DNA from: a virus
Lineage: Duplodnaviria > Heunggongvirae > Uroviricota > Caudoviricetes
Virus record (IMG/VR): IMGVR_UViG_2802429244_000013
Location: 1 to 38,936 of that record
Direction: 5' to 3' (one strand)
Length of the DNA: 38,936 nt
The position numbers and the translations under genes are program-made. The notes below the pieces were generated by a model, which was not told where the DNA came from, made no database searches, and was given only the letters and a program-made list of their open reading frames with translations. This document shows positions 27,974-36,407 of this stretch, piece by piece (position 1 is the stretch's first letter; each line of letters opens with the position of its first letter).

Positions 27974-28129
27974 TTACTCCTCAGGTTCGTAAGCTGTGAA
28001 GACAGCGACCTCCGTCTGGCCGGTTCGGATTCGTACCTCGCAGAGGTCTTTCCTCGTTACCAGTGCCGTCACTATGACGGTTAAACAGATGACGATCAGG
28101 GCGATTAACATCGCCTTTTGCTGCTTCAT
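27974..28129 (-). CDS. hok: Hok-family type I toxin (HokD/RelF-like, 51 aa)
   Basis: MKQQKAMLIALIVICLTVIVTALVTRKDLCEVRIRTGQTEVAVFTAYEPEE matches HokD as recalled; AAGGAG RBS; conserved hok leader elements upstream. Confidence 0.85.
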   Translation of the reverse strand: MKQQKAMLIALIVICLTVIVTALVTRKDLCEVRIRTGQTEVAVFTAYEPEE

Positions 28130-28186
28130 AGCCTGCTTCTCCTTGCCTTTCGGCACGTAAGAGGCTAACCTACGTGTGCAAGTCAT
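28130..28186 (-). other. mok-like upstream reading frame in the hok leader
   Basis: ATG at 28186 opens a 19-codon frame (MTCTRRLASYVPKGKEKQA) running in-frame into hok; contains the conserved AGCCTCTTAC block. Confidence 0.35.
28143..28171 (+). promoter_or_regulatory. putative sok antisense promoter
   Basis: Plus strand TTGCCT (28143-28148), 17-nt spacer, TAACCT (28166-28171), antisense to the hok RBS region; same layout as the plasmid R1 sok promoter as recalled. Confidence 0.4.
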
Positions 28187-28252
28187 AGATATGGCCTCAG
28201 ATTAATGTTAAGCGTCTTGCAGGACGCGTAATGTTAACTGGGGCTTTTCTCT
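28178..28252 (+). ncRNA. sok: putative Sok-like antisense RNA
   Basis: Would start about 7 nt after the TAACCT -10 and run antisense across the mok start; 3' region ctggggcttttctc resembles the Sok 3' end as recalled. Confidence 0.35.
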
Positions 28253-28304
28253 ATCTGCCGTTGGTGTTCATGCCTGAGACAGATAGCCTCAAGCACCCGC
28301 CGCA

Positions 28305-28333
28305 ATTCTACTTAACTATCCTTTTCCCGCAAA
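28305..28333 (-). promoter_or_regulatory. putative hok mRNA promoter
   Basis: Minus strand TTTGCG/TTGCGG then 16-17 nt spacer then TAGAAT (plus 28305-28310), just upstream of the conserved GCTTGAGGCT leader element. Confidence 0.4.
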
Positions 28334-28419
28334 TCGTTTTTATCCCCGGCGGCAAATCGAATACACCACCAGTGCCACCGCCATCGCAATTCCTACCGTT
28401 GTGAATGCTTCAGGCCAGC

Positions 28420-29046
28420 TCATTGATTCACCTCCTGCGGTGGCTCCGGTAGCGGCATCCAGTGGGTTGCCTGCTCAATACCATTACCCGGTTTAATCGT
28501 TGCCTCTCCGCGCCGAAAGGTGCTTCCGGTATAGCGTGCGGAGCATATTAGCGGTTCAACCAGAGAGCTGTCGAAATTCACCGAAATAAGCACGTTCTGG
28601 TTCTTTTCCGGCATTCGCTCACTACAGCTTATCCAACCATCCGGAGTTACCGGAGAGTTGCCCGACAGCTCGTTCAACTTGTAAGTCTGGCTTACAGGTT
28701 CGGCACCATTAAGCATGGCGGCGCGGCAGGCGTTCCAGCCTTCATCAAAGCCGACTATGCCATTATTTAAAGACGGACGAGCATCTGGCACCACCGGCAC
28801 TGGCTTGGCTATATATAGCGGCTGAACATACCAGCCCTTTGATAACCAACTGTCAGCAATGTTTTTACTCCTCGTTATTGCCGGAATACCTAAGCCATTG
28901 TCTGAATGCAGCCATGCCACCGGTTCTGCTGCCAGCGAAGCCATGGCGATTTCATAAGCCCGACACTCAATATCATCCCGCACATCAAGGTGATTAATAC
29001 GCCCCAGCATTTCGCCAAACAGCTCGTCGTTAGTTAAAGTGCTCAT
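28420..29046 (-). CDS. lambdoid prophage protein with DUF551-like C-terminus
   Basis: 208-aa ORF; C-terminal THWMPLPEPP signature; N-terminal IAMASLAAEPVAW motif shared with the upstream gene. Confidence 0.55.
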   Translation of the reverse strand: MSTLTNDELFGEMLGRINHLDVRDDIECRAYEIAMASLAAEPVAWLHSDNGLGIPAITRSKNIADSWLSKGWYVQPLYIAKPVPVVPDARPSLNNGIVGFDEGWNACRAAMLNGAEPVSQTYKLNELSGNSPVTPDGWISCSERMPEKNQNVLISVNFDSSLVEPLICSARYTGSTFRRGEATIKPGNGIEQATHWMPLPEPPQEVNQ

Positions 29047-29049
29047 GTG

Positions 29050-29472
29050 TTAGTCCTTAGCCTGTATCTGCTTCTTAACCAGTTTGCGTAGATGTGCCAC
29101 GGCCATTGAAAGAGTTTCCACCGCCTGTTTATCCAGGCGTGGGGACAGAGCCACCAGTTCGTTTATTGCGATTTCGATACCTTGTGCCTGCACTATGGAA
29201 GCTGGCGGCACACGATACAGCGGAATTACACGACGCGAGTCTGCGTATTTATCTGGCGGGTACTGAAATATCTCACCGAGACCATACTGCTTGACATCAC
29301 GCAGTTCCTCTTCATCAGTCCATGCCACCGGCTCTGCTTCCAGCGATGCCAGCGCGATACGAAACACATTGGCAAGCAGGCTGTCTGAGGATTGGTTATC
29401 GTGCGCCGGGTCGCTCAGGAAACCAGTGATGAATGATTTAATCTCCGCGTTTTCTCTGGTAATAGTGGTCAT
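29050..29472 (-). CDS. hypothetical phage protein (140 aa)
   Basis: Track ORF 29050..29562; ATG at 29472 with AAGGAAAG RBS; N-terminal IALASLEAEPVAW motif. Confidence 0.5.
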   Translation of the reverse strand: MTTITRENAEIKSFITGFLSDPAHDNQSSDSLLANVFRIALASLEAEPVAWTDEEELRDVKQYGLGEIFQYPPDKYADSRRVIPLYRVPPASIVQAQGIEIAINELVALSPRLDKQAVETLSMAVAHLRKLVKKQIQAKD

Positions 29473-29473
29473 A

Positions 29474-29692
29474 TCAGCTTTCCTTATATGGGTTGATTTT
29501 GTTGTGCAGTGTGTTGAACGACGCCCATACCACGTCGTTATACAATTCAATAACTGGCTCAATTATTTTTCCGATTGCCCAGACAAAAATTAGCGGGGAT
29601 ATCGGTATCATCAACACGATAAACAGAATGAGAAACAGGAATTCTGTTGTTCTACTCTTTCGCGGATATTTTTTTCTGAATAATGTGACCAT
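29474..29692 (-). CDS. small membrane protein (72 aa)
   Basis: Hydrophobic helix FLFLILFIVLMIPISPLIFVWAI; stop abuts the next gene's start. Confidence 0.4.
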   Translation of the reverse strand: MVTLFRKKYPRKSRTTEFLFLILFIVLMIPISPLIFVWAIGKIIEPVIELYNDVVWASFNTLHNKINPYKES

Positions 29693-29825
29693 TCATTACC
29701 GCCCTTCCGGGCGGCCTCCTGATGTTCTGAGGGTGCAGAAATCCCTCCGGTTAAGGATTTAATAAAAATCACTTCTGATTTAAATTTTCAGTGTTTTGTT
29801 GTCAGGTGGTTTATCGCCTTTATGC

Positions 29826-30131
29826 TTAAGTCTTATTTCTCAGCCATACACAAACAGGACCATCTTCAGTGTCATGAATGGAACCAATGAACCAGCTTTC
29901 ACCTTCCGGGCGCTCCGGTTTCCATGAGGCAATATCGGGACCATCTGCGTCCAGATTAAAATCATCTTCATCCATAGTTCTGATGGTCCATTGAAGATTA
30001 TTTTCCTCCATCCATGCGTTAAACTCTTCCGTTGAAATAAGTTCTCTACCATCACAGAATTTTTCATATTCAGGATGCGTCCAGCAGCCATATTCATCAC
30101 GTACTACCGGCATTTCTTTAATTGTGTTCAC
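29826..30131 (-). CDS. hypothetical phage protein (101 aa)
   Basis: ORF in the coupled early operon; acidic, no motif recognised. Confidence 0.45.
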   Translation of the reverse strand: MNTIKEMPVVRDEYGCWTHPEYEKFCDGRELISTEEFNAWMEENNLQWTIRTMDEDDFNLDADGPDIASWKPERPEGESWFIGSIHDTEDGPVCVWLRNKT

Positions 30132-30352
30132 TCTTCATCCTTCACGTCGGCAACGGCGTCCATCACATCAGAGCCGCGAATAACCTCAAAAGCACGGCAG
30201 GCCATTTGAAATACCCGTTGTTCTTGCGGGTGTGGCGATTCCCAATACTTAAAACCAGGTCGATGCTCGTAACCCATCATGGAATAAAAATCGCCAGCAA
30301 GTTCAATCGCGGCATCAACAAGTTCACGATTTGTCATCGTCTGTTCTGTCAT
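30128..30352 (-). CDS. hypothetical phage protein (74 aa)
   Basis: ORF with ATGA-type overlap to its neighbour. Confidence 0.45.
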   Translation of the reverse strand: MTEQTMTNRELVDAAIELAGDFYSMMGYEHRPGFKYWESPHPQEQRVFQMACRAFEVIRGSDVMDAVADVKDEE

Positions 30353-30623
30353 TTGCCTTCTCCTGTCGATACATCATAATTATCAAGTCCTCCTTCGTTG
30401 CAATGCGGATGGTGCTACCTGGCTCCATGCATTCCAAAGAAAATGCATCGCAAAATTCATCTACGGCCTGTTGGCGGCGTGATTTTTCGCGGAGTTTATC
30501 CCACTGCTTTAGAAAAACAGATTTCACCCACCGTACTGCACTGAACATGATGTAAACCCAACCGAGCAAGGCCAAACCTGTGTTGAGAGCCGTGTCGATC
30601 GTTATCGTGGTGTCAATATTCAC
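30324..30623 (-). CDS. hypothetical membrane-associated phage protein (99 aa)
   Basis: One hydrophobic segment (LALLGWVYIMFSAV); overlaps both neighbours. Confidence 0.4.
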   Translation of the reverse strand: MNIDTTITIDTALNTGLALLGWVYIMFSAVRWVKSVFLKQWDKLREKSRRQQAVDEFCDAFSLECMEPGSTIRIATKEDLIIMMYRQEKANDRTDDDKS

Positions 30624-31381
30624 TGACTGCCCCCTTCCCTAAGCTGTTCTGCACAATGCAGCAGCGCACCTGTCGCATCTTTAAGCGTCACTAGCTCGTC
30701 ATCATCCAGTCCTACTCCCCTCGCGTCCATGACAAACGCCGCGCAAAGGTCGTTAAACGCCCCCGCCCGCACTTCAGCCAGGAAAGCATCGGTGGCTGGG
30801 GTTTCGACATTAGGTCGAAGCTCATAATCACAAACTCTTTCAATCCATGGTGATACTCTGTCGCATTTCCTCTTCTTGCGTTCACCGACCTTGGTTGCCT
30901 GCTGAATAATTACCCCCCAGCAAATGCTTTCGACCTCTTCGCTCCATCCATCGCAAGCATCGCCTCTATAGTCGTCAATTGCAGCCTCAGCAGCAGCGAT
31001 AGCCTCCTCAGCAGTTTTGTGACACTCGAAACTAAATTCAGAGCCATATGAGAAATACATAGCCCCGGCCTTCAGTCTTGCATTCTCCGCCGCCAGAGCC
31101 GTGCAACTGGCCTCCAGCTCTGCAATGCGTTTGCTTTGTGCTTCCCGTTCATTCAGCAACGCCTGCACTACTTCTGGGTTGAAAGCTGCGATATAACGAG
31201 CGTTGTTCTCTGCGTTTTTCTGTCCGTCAAAGCCGGTCCATTTGATAACGTCTTCACATCGTTTATCACCGGGCGTATGCACCGCATACGTACCAGTACC
31301 CGGCGAAATAAATGCGACCCATTCGCCTTGTGTTGCCTGTTTTGCTATCTCACGCAGTGCCTGATAGTTAATTTTGCTCAC
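30620..31381 (-). CDS. Ead/Ea22-like protein
   Basis: N-terminus MSKINYQALREIAKQATQGEW is typical of the Ead/Ea22-like family; central coiled coil. Confidence 0.55.
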   Translation of the reverse strand: MSKINYQALREIAKQATQGEWVAFISPGTGTYAVHTPGDKRCEDVIKWTGFDGQKNAENNARYIAAFNPEVVQALLNEREAQSKRIAELEASCTALAAENARLKAGAMYFSYGSEFSFECHKTAEEAIAAAEAAIDDYRGDACDGWSEEVESICWGVIIQQATKVGERKKRKCDRVSPWIERVCDYELRPNVETPATDAFLAEVRAGAFNDLCAAFVMDARGVGLDDDELVTLKDATGALLHCAEQLREGGSQ

Positions 31382-31634
31382 TGGTTTCCTCCGCTGCCCA
31401 CGTTTTCAGACTTTCACCACAGAACGGACAAAATGAAACCCGCACTGGTGATTTAGAAAATTCACCGGAACGCAACATCACCAAATCAGGACCGCGAGTT
31501 AAACTCTCATTCCAGATTTTGTATATCAGCAGACCTTTTCGCGTCGTGTATTCAGCATCATGCTCAAGGGACTTTGCCAGTGCCGCACATGGTTGTATCT
31601 GATTGCCATTAACCTGGCATTTTGATTCGCTCAC
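31368..31634 (-). CDS. hypothetical small protein with Cys-rich motif
   Basis: 88-aa ORF containing CPFCG; overlaps both neighbours. Confidence 0.4.
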   Translation of the reverse strand: MSESKCQVNGNQIQPCAALAKSLEHDAEYTTRKGLLIYKIWNESLTRGPDLVMLRSGEFSKSPVRVSFCPFCGESLKTWAAEETSEQN

Positions 31635-32062
31635 AGCATTACCTCCTGAAATTTCCCCTGATAAAACGCCAGCACTCGCTGCATAACCTCACTCTTCCGG
31701 CACTCGCGACAGATTATGTTCAGACGCCTGTCGTAACGACGTATTTCTCCGTCTGGTAATGAATAAATCAGGTCAGGGTCGCTCTTCTTTTTCACTGCCG
31801 CTCTCGACATTTTTTTGCAGGCTTTTATCCAGTCCTTACGAGCCTGCTCCGAAGGAAATATTCCATGTCCTGAACCATATACTGCGCCACTAACTACCAG
31901 CTCTTTCGCCAGAACTTCTATCAGGTGTCTCGTTGCTCCGGTTTCATCCTCCAGTTGCTTACGTGTTTTCCGCCCATCTCTGCGTACCACTTCCACAATG
32001 CGCGCCTTCACTTCTTCCCGTTCTTCCTGTGTAAATACTCTTGCCATAAGCGCCTCCGACAA
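31631..32062 (-). CDS. hypothetical phage protein (143 aa), possibly DNA-binding
   Basis: Basic protein with a CRECRK motif, directly downstream of the wHTH gene. Confidence 0.45.
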   Translation of the reverse strand: MSEALMARVFTQEEREEVKARIVEVVRRDGRKTRKQLEDETGATRHLIEVLAKELVVSGAVYGSGHGIFPSEQARKDWIKACKKMSRAAVKKKSDPDLIYSLPDGEIRRYDRRLNIICRECRKSEVMQRVLAFYQGKFQEVML

Positions 32063-32824
32063 TCACTTTTCCGGTGCAACGTGGCGGGAAGAATCAGTAA
32101 TCTGTTGAACAATATCCCGGTGCTTGTTCAGCTCCCGCAGCGCGGCGCAGACACGCTCCCACTTCTGGACATGATTTTTCGCCCGACGCAGTTCGCGGTT
32201 TGCCAGATGCAGCGATGGTAAAATCAGGTCATCGGCTCGCGTTGCAGTAAACGATGGCAACGACTGCACAATATCCGCCACAGTTTCTGTTTTAATTTCT
32301 TCCTGTGTTGCAGCTTCCTGTCCCGGTAACGCAACACCTGCTGGTTGAGGAAAGGCTTTACCATCAGTTTCCGTTACCGATGCAGCTTTCGGCTCTGCTG
32401 GTAAATCATCGCCCGGCATGCAGTAACGAAATTTACCGTTCTGATTAATGCGAATCAGACGACCTTTGCTGATAGCCATTGCCAGCGTTGAAGCCACTTT
32501 GCGTGATGTGGTACCGAACAATGTAGCCAACTCATCAGCCGTTTGTGGTCCGCGTTGTTCAATCGTCGCGGTTAAATCGCACTCTGAGATTTTCGCTACT
32601 GTCGCCGTGGTGGTTTCTTCCGGCTGTTCTTCTGGCGCTGGCTGTTCCTGCTGAACGTTGTTATCAGCCACACACCAGGTGTATACGCTTTTATCAACGA
32701 AGCCAGCCTTTTTCAGTTCCCACAGCTCGTTCAGTACTTCTTCACGACTGATATCAAGTCGCGCAGCCAGCTCTACCGACGTAGCTTTTCCCATCGCTTT
32801 CAGTGCGTCAAAAACAGTCTCCAT
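32063..32824 (-). CDS. winged-helix DNA-binding protein (253 aa)
   Basis: N-terminal wHTH-like region ([30 protein letters not shown]) then an acidic/Pro-rich linker. Confidence 0.5.
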   Translation of the reverse strand: METVFDALKAMGKATSVELAARLDISREEVLNELWELKKAGFVDKSVYTWCVADNNVQQEQPAPEEQPEETTTATVAKISECDLTATIEQRGPQTADELATLFGTTSRKVASTLAMAISKGRLIRINQNGKFRYCMPGDDLPAEPKAASVTETDGKAFPQPAGVALPGQEAATQEEIKTETVADIVQSLPSFTATRADDLILPSLHLANRELRRAKNHVQKWERVCAALRELNKHRDIVQQITDSSRHVAPEK

Positions 32825-32856
32825 AAATTTCCTCCCGGTAAAAATTACTTCTCAAC

Positions 32857-33522
32857 TCAAACAAACCCAGCCGCTTTCCGGCGTTCATATTCCTGTTTCA
32901 GTAACTCAATTGGCGTTGGCCCCGACGGGCGTTTGGGTGCCGCCAGTTGTCGCCGGACTGGCGGAACGCCCAGGCCGTTACTAACATGCTTTGCCCATTT
33001 CGTCAGCTGCCGTTCTGCAAGCCGTTTTAATTCCCCTTCGGTCATCTGGCGCTCAATCCCCTTTGAACGCATCTCGAGGCAAATGTGATACAGCACGGGC
33101 TGAGACCACGGATATTTATCGCTTCCGTCGTATCGCCAGGACTCGTTGCGCCAGCGGCGGTACTCCTCCATCACAGCATCCACCGTCAGACCAAATGGAT
33201 TTGCCCCGCTCTCCGAAATCAGCGCCACAAACTCAGCCAGGTCCGGAGGCCATGTTTCACCTGCCCTGCAACGGTCCATGCACTGGCGGCAGACCTGCCG
33301 GATTTGCTGCTCAGTCATCGCGCCAATCTGTGCAATCCAGAGCTTCGAAGGTGCGGCCCCGTTCTTCTGGGTCCAGCGGTTCGAATAAACCTCCCCCATG
33401 AGTTCCCACAGCTTCCACGCCGTTTCCGTCGCTGATAAATCCGTTTTCACGTTCCCACTGCTCACGTGCTGCCCGAATTTCCTGAACTGCCCGTGATGCG
33501 GTGCCGCCTGGTGCTGCTGCAT
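32857..33522 (-). CDS. P: replication protein P-like (helicase loader)
   Basis: Central and C-terminal regions resemble lambda P as recalled; ATG at 33522 has a GGGGGTGA RBS but overlaps the upstream gene by 211 nt, so the start is uncertain. Confidence 0.6.
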   Translation of the reverse strand: MQQHQAAPHHGQFRKFGQHVSSGNVKTDLSATETAWKLWELMGEVYSNRWTQKNGAAPSKLWIAQIGAMTEQQIRQVCRQCMDRCRAGETWPPDLAEFVALISESGANPFGLTVDAVMEEYRRWRNESWRYDGSDKYPWSQPVLYHICLEMRSKGIERQMTEGELKRLAERQLTKWAKHVSNGLGVPPVRRQLAAPKRPSGPTPIELLKQEYERRKAAGFV

Positions 33523-34435
33523 GGCTCACCCCCTTGCTGACTGGTTTAACCTGCGCCCTGACGTGATTTACGTGACGGGCGAATTTCTGCTCCCACTGAA
33601 CCTGCGTGAAAACTTTCCCCTCCGCTGCCCAGTAGTCCCGGAAGGCGGCAAGTTCAGTTGGTGTAAATTCCGGCTCAGGAAGAGCCACGCCCCACAGCGC
33701 AGCCCGTCGTCGAAAATCCGGCGACGGATGCCAGCCATCGGTCATAGGAAATTTCCCGATGGGTTCGCTCAGGACTTCCAGGTAATCAGGTTCCGCTGTC
33801 TGCAACGGCACGCCATTTGCCTCACTGGCCGGAGCACTCTCGCGCACGCGCGCGTTATGTGTGGGGTTTATATATCTGTTATCTGTTATCTGGATACCGC
33901 ATGACAAAGCGTTAGCCTTATCCTTAGGCTTATCCTCAGGCAAAGGGATTGCCTTATCGAATGCCATCCCCAAAGCCTCAGAAACCCCGTAGGACGCGGC
34001 TCTCAGCGATTCCCTGGCCTCCCATTTGAGAGGGCAATCAGGAATTAAAGCGAATGCCTTTGCCCAGGATTTAATGACATTTATCGAGTTTGGCGGATTG
34101 TGTTTCGCAGCATTCGGGAGCCAAAAAACTCTGGCTTTGATATCTGCTTTCACCATGCCAAGATTCATGGCTTCGCCTAAGGCTAAGTCAAAGGCTTCGA
34201 TATCCCACCCCAACTCTTCAGCCATTGCTGCCCGCCCGGCTTTAAACAACCCAGGAATAATCCCGGTAAATGGACTGGTCAGCAGATAAATAAACAAACT
34301 CTGTCCACTTGGAGGCAGAGGAGATAACGCCCTAAATTTGGGATCATCCCATATCGTTATTTTTACCTTGCGATAAGGCTCATTGTTTGCCTTAGTTTTT
34401 GGCATGGGATTTGGCATGTTTTTAGCCTTAACCAT
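33311..34435 (-). CDS. replication initiation protein (YdaU-like with DnaT-like C-terminal motif)
   Basis: Track ORF begins at TTG 34489; ATG at 34435 with GAGG RBS is the likely start; C-terminal FTPTELAAFRDYWAAEGKVFTQVQWEQKFARHV resembles the DnaT/replication-protein DNA-binding motif. Confidence 0.5.
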   Translation of the reverse strand: MVKAKNMPNPMPKTKANNEPYRKVKITIWDDPKFRALSPLPPSGQSLFIYLLTSPFTGIIPGLFKAGRAAMAEELGWDIEAFDLALGEAMNLGMVKADIKARVFWLPNAAKHNPPNSINVIKSWAKAFALIPDCPLKWEARESLRAASYGVSEALGMAFDKAIPLPEDKPKDKANALSCGIQITDNRYINPTHNARVRESAPASEANGVPLQTAEPDYLEVLSEPIGKFPMTDGWHPSPDFRRRAALWGVALPEPEFTPTELAAFRDYWAAEGKVFTQVQWEQKFARHVNHVRAQVKPVSKGVSHAAAPGGTASRAVQEIRAAREQWERENGFISDGNGVEAVGTHGGGLFEPLDPEERGRTFEALDCTDWRDD

Positions 34436-34514
34436 AATTGCCTCATCTGGTGTCGAACCTTCCTCCGGATATAATCTGTGATTCCCCAATCAACAGAACC
34501 AAAGGAGGTTCGAC

Positions 34515-34970
34515 ATGTCTTTAATGGCTGTTTGCCAAAAAATTAAAAATCACATGCGCACTGTGTACAAAATTAACCAGCACGACCACGACATGGTTAA
34601 CCTGGTAACATGCAGGGCTATAGTTCTCACCCGCTTCCACCTGATTCTTACAAATCACTCACGGGATTCTCTCCTGAGCCCCAGTAGCTATGATTCGCTG
34701 GCGAGATTGCTATACCAGGCAAGTGAAAAACGTATTACTGATCCCTTATCTGTTTCCCCTGTCCTTGCTCTTCACATTCTGGAAGACGCTCTCTATGACC
34801 CCCGTCAGGAATGCGACTATCAATTTCTTGAAGCTGAGAAATCAATGAGAGAATGGTTCGTTGAATATCGCGAACGGCAGCAAAAGTTATCCTCAGAGTA
34901 TTCAGAACTTCCGCAACTTCGCTGGAGTGATCTTCCGAACGAATTATTTGCTCTGACCCCAGAAAATTAA
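34515..34970 (+). CDS. orphan hypothetical protein (151 aa) on the opposite strand, between ydaT-like and replication genes
   Basis: Strong AAAGGAGG RBS 6 nt before the ATG; rare-codon-rich; hairpin gagcgcag/ctgcgctc (34997-35020) just after the stop; a long antisense ORF overlaps it. Confidence 0.5.
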   Translation: MSLMAVCQKIKNHMRTVYKINQHDHDMVNLVTCRAIVLTRFHLILTNHSRDSLLSPSSYDSLARLLYQASEKRITDPLSVSPVLALHILEDALYDPRQECDYQFLEAEKSMREWFVEYRERQQKLSSEYSELPQLRWSDLPNELFALTPEN

Positions 34971-35167
34971 TTCTTGGGGATAAATCGTCCATAACTGAGC
35001 GCAGGCTAAGTTCTGCGCTCTGAAGCTTCCGAACCGAAGTTTCTGTACCCCAACCCGCAATTTCTGCATTTTTTGCAAGTTTCAGGATCCAGTCTCGTAG
35101 TTCGCCGGGAGTAAGATTTCCAGCATTGATAAACGGTTTGATTTTCATTGTTAGTTACCCTATTCAC

Positions 35168-35590
35168 TTAATGAACAACAACAGAATCGCCGGACGAACC
35201 GCCGTCGCTGAAATGCGCTTTACGGTAAACAGCCTGGACCGCATCATCATGCGCATCAATTGCCGTACTCAACGCTTCCTGCGCCGCCAGTAATGCACGG
35301 CGTTCCAGGGTATCGAAGATGCAGAGTCGGTGACGCAGCTCCCGCGGAAGGATTGCCAGAATTGCTGGGATCAGCTTCTGAATTTTTTCCCTTTGCGCTT
35401 CCGTTTCACCTTTTAACCAACGGCGATAGATGTTCTGCTGATTGTTCCAGTCCTTGCCTGGTGTCAGAGACAATTCACCTCCCCCCTGGCGCAGATATTC
35501 TTCAGTAATTGCGTTAGCGACCCACGCCTGCCCTTTTTCGGCTGCCAGGGCTAACAACACTGATTCGATGTGCTCATGCCTGATTTTCAT
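35168..35590 (-). CDS. ydaT: YdaT-like protein (Rac prophage toxin-like)
   Basis: 140-aa ORF matching the size and recalled sequence character of Rac YdaT; overlaps the ydaS-like stop. Confidence 0.65.
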   Translation of the reverse strand: MKIRHEHIESVLLALAAEKGQAWVANAITEEYLRQGGGELSLTPGKDWNNQQNIYRRWLKGETEAQREKIQKLIPAILAILPRELRHRLCIFDTLERRALLAAQEALSTAIDAHDDAVQAVYRKAHFSDGGSSGDSVVVH

Positions 35591-35849
35591 GAATCAACTC
35601 CGGTTCATCTTGTGTGTTAGCCTTACATCCAACAGATAAACCGTCGGTTGGATCCGGGTATAAATCCGGCCGTAATTCATGAGGAGTCACCCCAGTTGCA
35701 AGGTAAATTTGACGGACCCGTTCCCCTGTCGGCACCCGTCCATTGTATTCATTTGCCCATTTGTGTATTTGAGACGGCCAGGCCCCTATCGCGCGCCCTA
35801 GTGGGCGAATACCACCGGCAATCTTTATTGCTTTGTCCAAAGCAGTCAT
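35574..35849 (-). CDS. ydaS: YdaS-like Cro-type HTH protein
   Basis: 91-aa ORF with strong GGAGG RBS; MTALDKAIKIAGGIRPLGRAIGAWPSQIHKW fits the YdaS/Cro-like HTH family; divergent from the repressor. Confidence 0.65.
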   Translation of the reverse strand: MTALDKAIKIAGGIRPLGRAIGAWPSQIHKWANEYNGRVPTGERVRQIYLATGVTPHELRPDLYPDPTDGLSVGCKANTQDEPELIHENQA

Positions 35850-35877
35850 ACAACCTCCACGTCAATTAAACACAACA

Positions 35878-35906
35878 ATTGTTCACCTAAAAAGAACATA
35901 AGTCAA
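35878..35906 (-). promoter_or_regulatory. PR-like early promoter with operator
   Basis: Minus strand TTGACT (35901-35906), 17-nt spacer, AACAAT (35878-83); operator tgttcacctaaaaagaaca (35880-35898) lies in the spacer and -10. Confidence 0.45.
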
Positions 35907-35918
35907 CACCCTGAGGAA

Positions 35919-35946
35919 TTGTTAGTGTTCACTGAACGGTTATAAT
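35919..35946 (+). promoter_or_regulatory. repressor promoter giving a leaderless or near-leaderless mRNA
   Basis: TTGTTA (35919-35924), 16-nt spacer, TATAAT (35941-35946) only 6 nt before the repressor ATG, with no Shine-Dalgarno; tgttcactgaac half-site palindrome in the spacer. Confidence 0.45.
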
Positions 35947-35952
35947 TGCCAA

Positions 35953-36342
35953 ATGGACATGAGAAAAAAGCAATACGACACCCCGCTGGCGGAGAGATTA
36001 GATGCGATCTCGCAACAGCATCATTTAAGCGGTTCAGATTTAGCGCGCATCGCTGGAGTGGGCCGTTCGTCAGTTAATGCCTGGAAAAAGAGAGGGACAA
36101 TCAGCAAAGATTCCGCGGCCAAAATAGCGGAAGCCACAAATGTTTCCCTTTCCTGGCTACTGACGGGAAAGGAGGATACGAGCAGGGAAGTGCTTGATGA
36201 TGATGAGAAAGCCCTGCTCGATGTTTACAGAAACCTACCTCCTGTAGAACGCAGAAATATGCTTGCAGCTTTTCAAATGCGACTTCAAAAATTGACTGAA
36301 TTTTACTCGGAATACGTTGATCCGATAACACGTCAAAAATAA
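35953..36342 (+). CDS. prophage repressor, DicA/RacR-like HTH protein without a peptidase domain
   Basis: N-terminal XRE-type HTH (LSGSDLARIAGVGRSSVNAWKKRG); C-terminal helical region resembling DicA; no S24 peptidase motifs. Confidence 0.7.
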   Translation: MDMRKKQYDTPLAERLDAISQQHHLSGSDLARIAGVGRSSVNAWKKRGTISKDSAAKIAEATNVSLSWLLTGKEDTSREVLDDDEKALLDVYRNLPPVERRNMLAAFQMRLQKLTEFYSEYVDPITRQK

Positions 36343-36363
36343 TTCTTTATTTTACAAAATCAT

Positions 36364-36387
36364 ACCGCCGGAAGGCGGTTTTTTTTT
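36364..36387 (+). terminator. rho-independent terminator after the repressor gene
   Basis: Hairpin ccgcc-ggaa-ggcgg followed by nine T residues. Confidence 0.65.
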
Positions 36388-36407
36388 ACCTTTATGGATT
36401 CATTGTG

